Below, in pieces: positions 63,875-64,000 of a stretch of DNA of 64,000 nucleotides. The stretch's first letter is position 1. Each line of letters starts with the position of its first letter. The stretch lies in NCBI RefSeq assembly GCF_001194135.2, contig NC_068994.1, positions 57,415,194 to 57,479,193 of the forward strand, written 5' to 3'. The notes beneath the pieces were generated by a model. It was given only the letters and a program-made list of their open reading frames with translations, did not search any database and was not told where the DNA came from. The position numbers and the translations under genes were made by a program. The stretch comes from Octopus bimaculoides. Its lineage: Eukaryota.

Positions 63875-64000
63875 TTTACTGTTCCGTTTAGGTAAGATCA
63901 ACAAAAAAGTACTCCATCCAGTGAGTGATAAATATCAATTATTGTACACAGCATAAAGATAAGCGCTACTAATAGTTTCTTGCTGTGAAGACACGTGTCT

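Overview
AT-rich, microsatellite-saturated eukaryotic genomic DNA from a gapped draft scaffold (12 N-gaps, most bordered by TA/CA/CT repeats). The interspersed repeat families look like those of octopus (coleoid cephalopod); this is recognition from memory, not a database result. No intact protein-coding gene can be supported, and nearly all ORFs in the supplied track are microsatellite or N-gap artefacts. The window reads as intronic or intergenic DNA. It carries >20 tRNA-derived SINE copies from at least four families, several palindromic MITEs (Tc1/mariner-, pogo/Tigger- and hAT-type), a 5' mariner transposase remnant, two decayed R4/Dong-type (restriction-like endonuclease) LINE pieces, a Penelope GIY-YIG endonuclease remnant, and Penelope-like termini with minimal hammerhead-like motifs. 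A few isolated candidate exons exist at low confidence; the best is a possible GPI-signal terminal exon at 59804-59931. The most interesting signals are structural: hammerhead-like motifs, many long hairpins and inverted SINE pairs (possible dsRNA/ADAR substrates), SINE insertion into (ATT)n tails, and cryptic ~28-bp and ~85-bp tandem repeats. I found no evidence for a clearly new multi-gene system.
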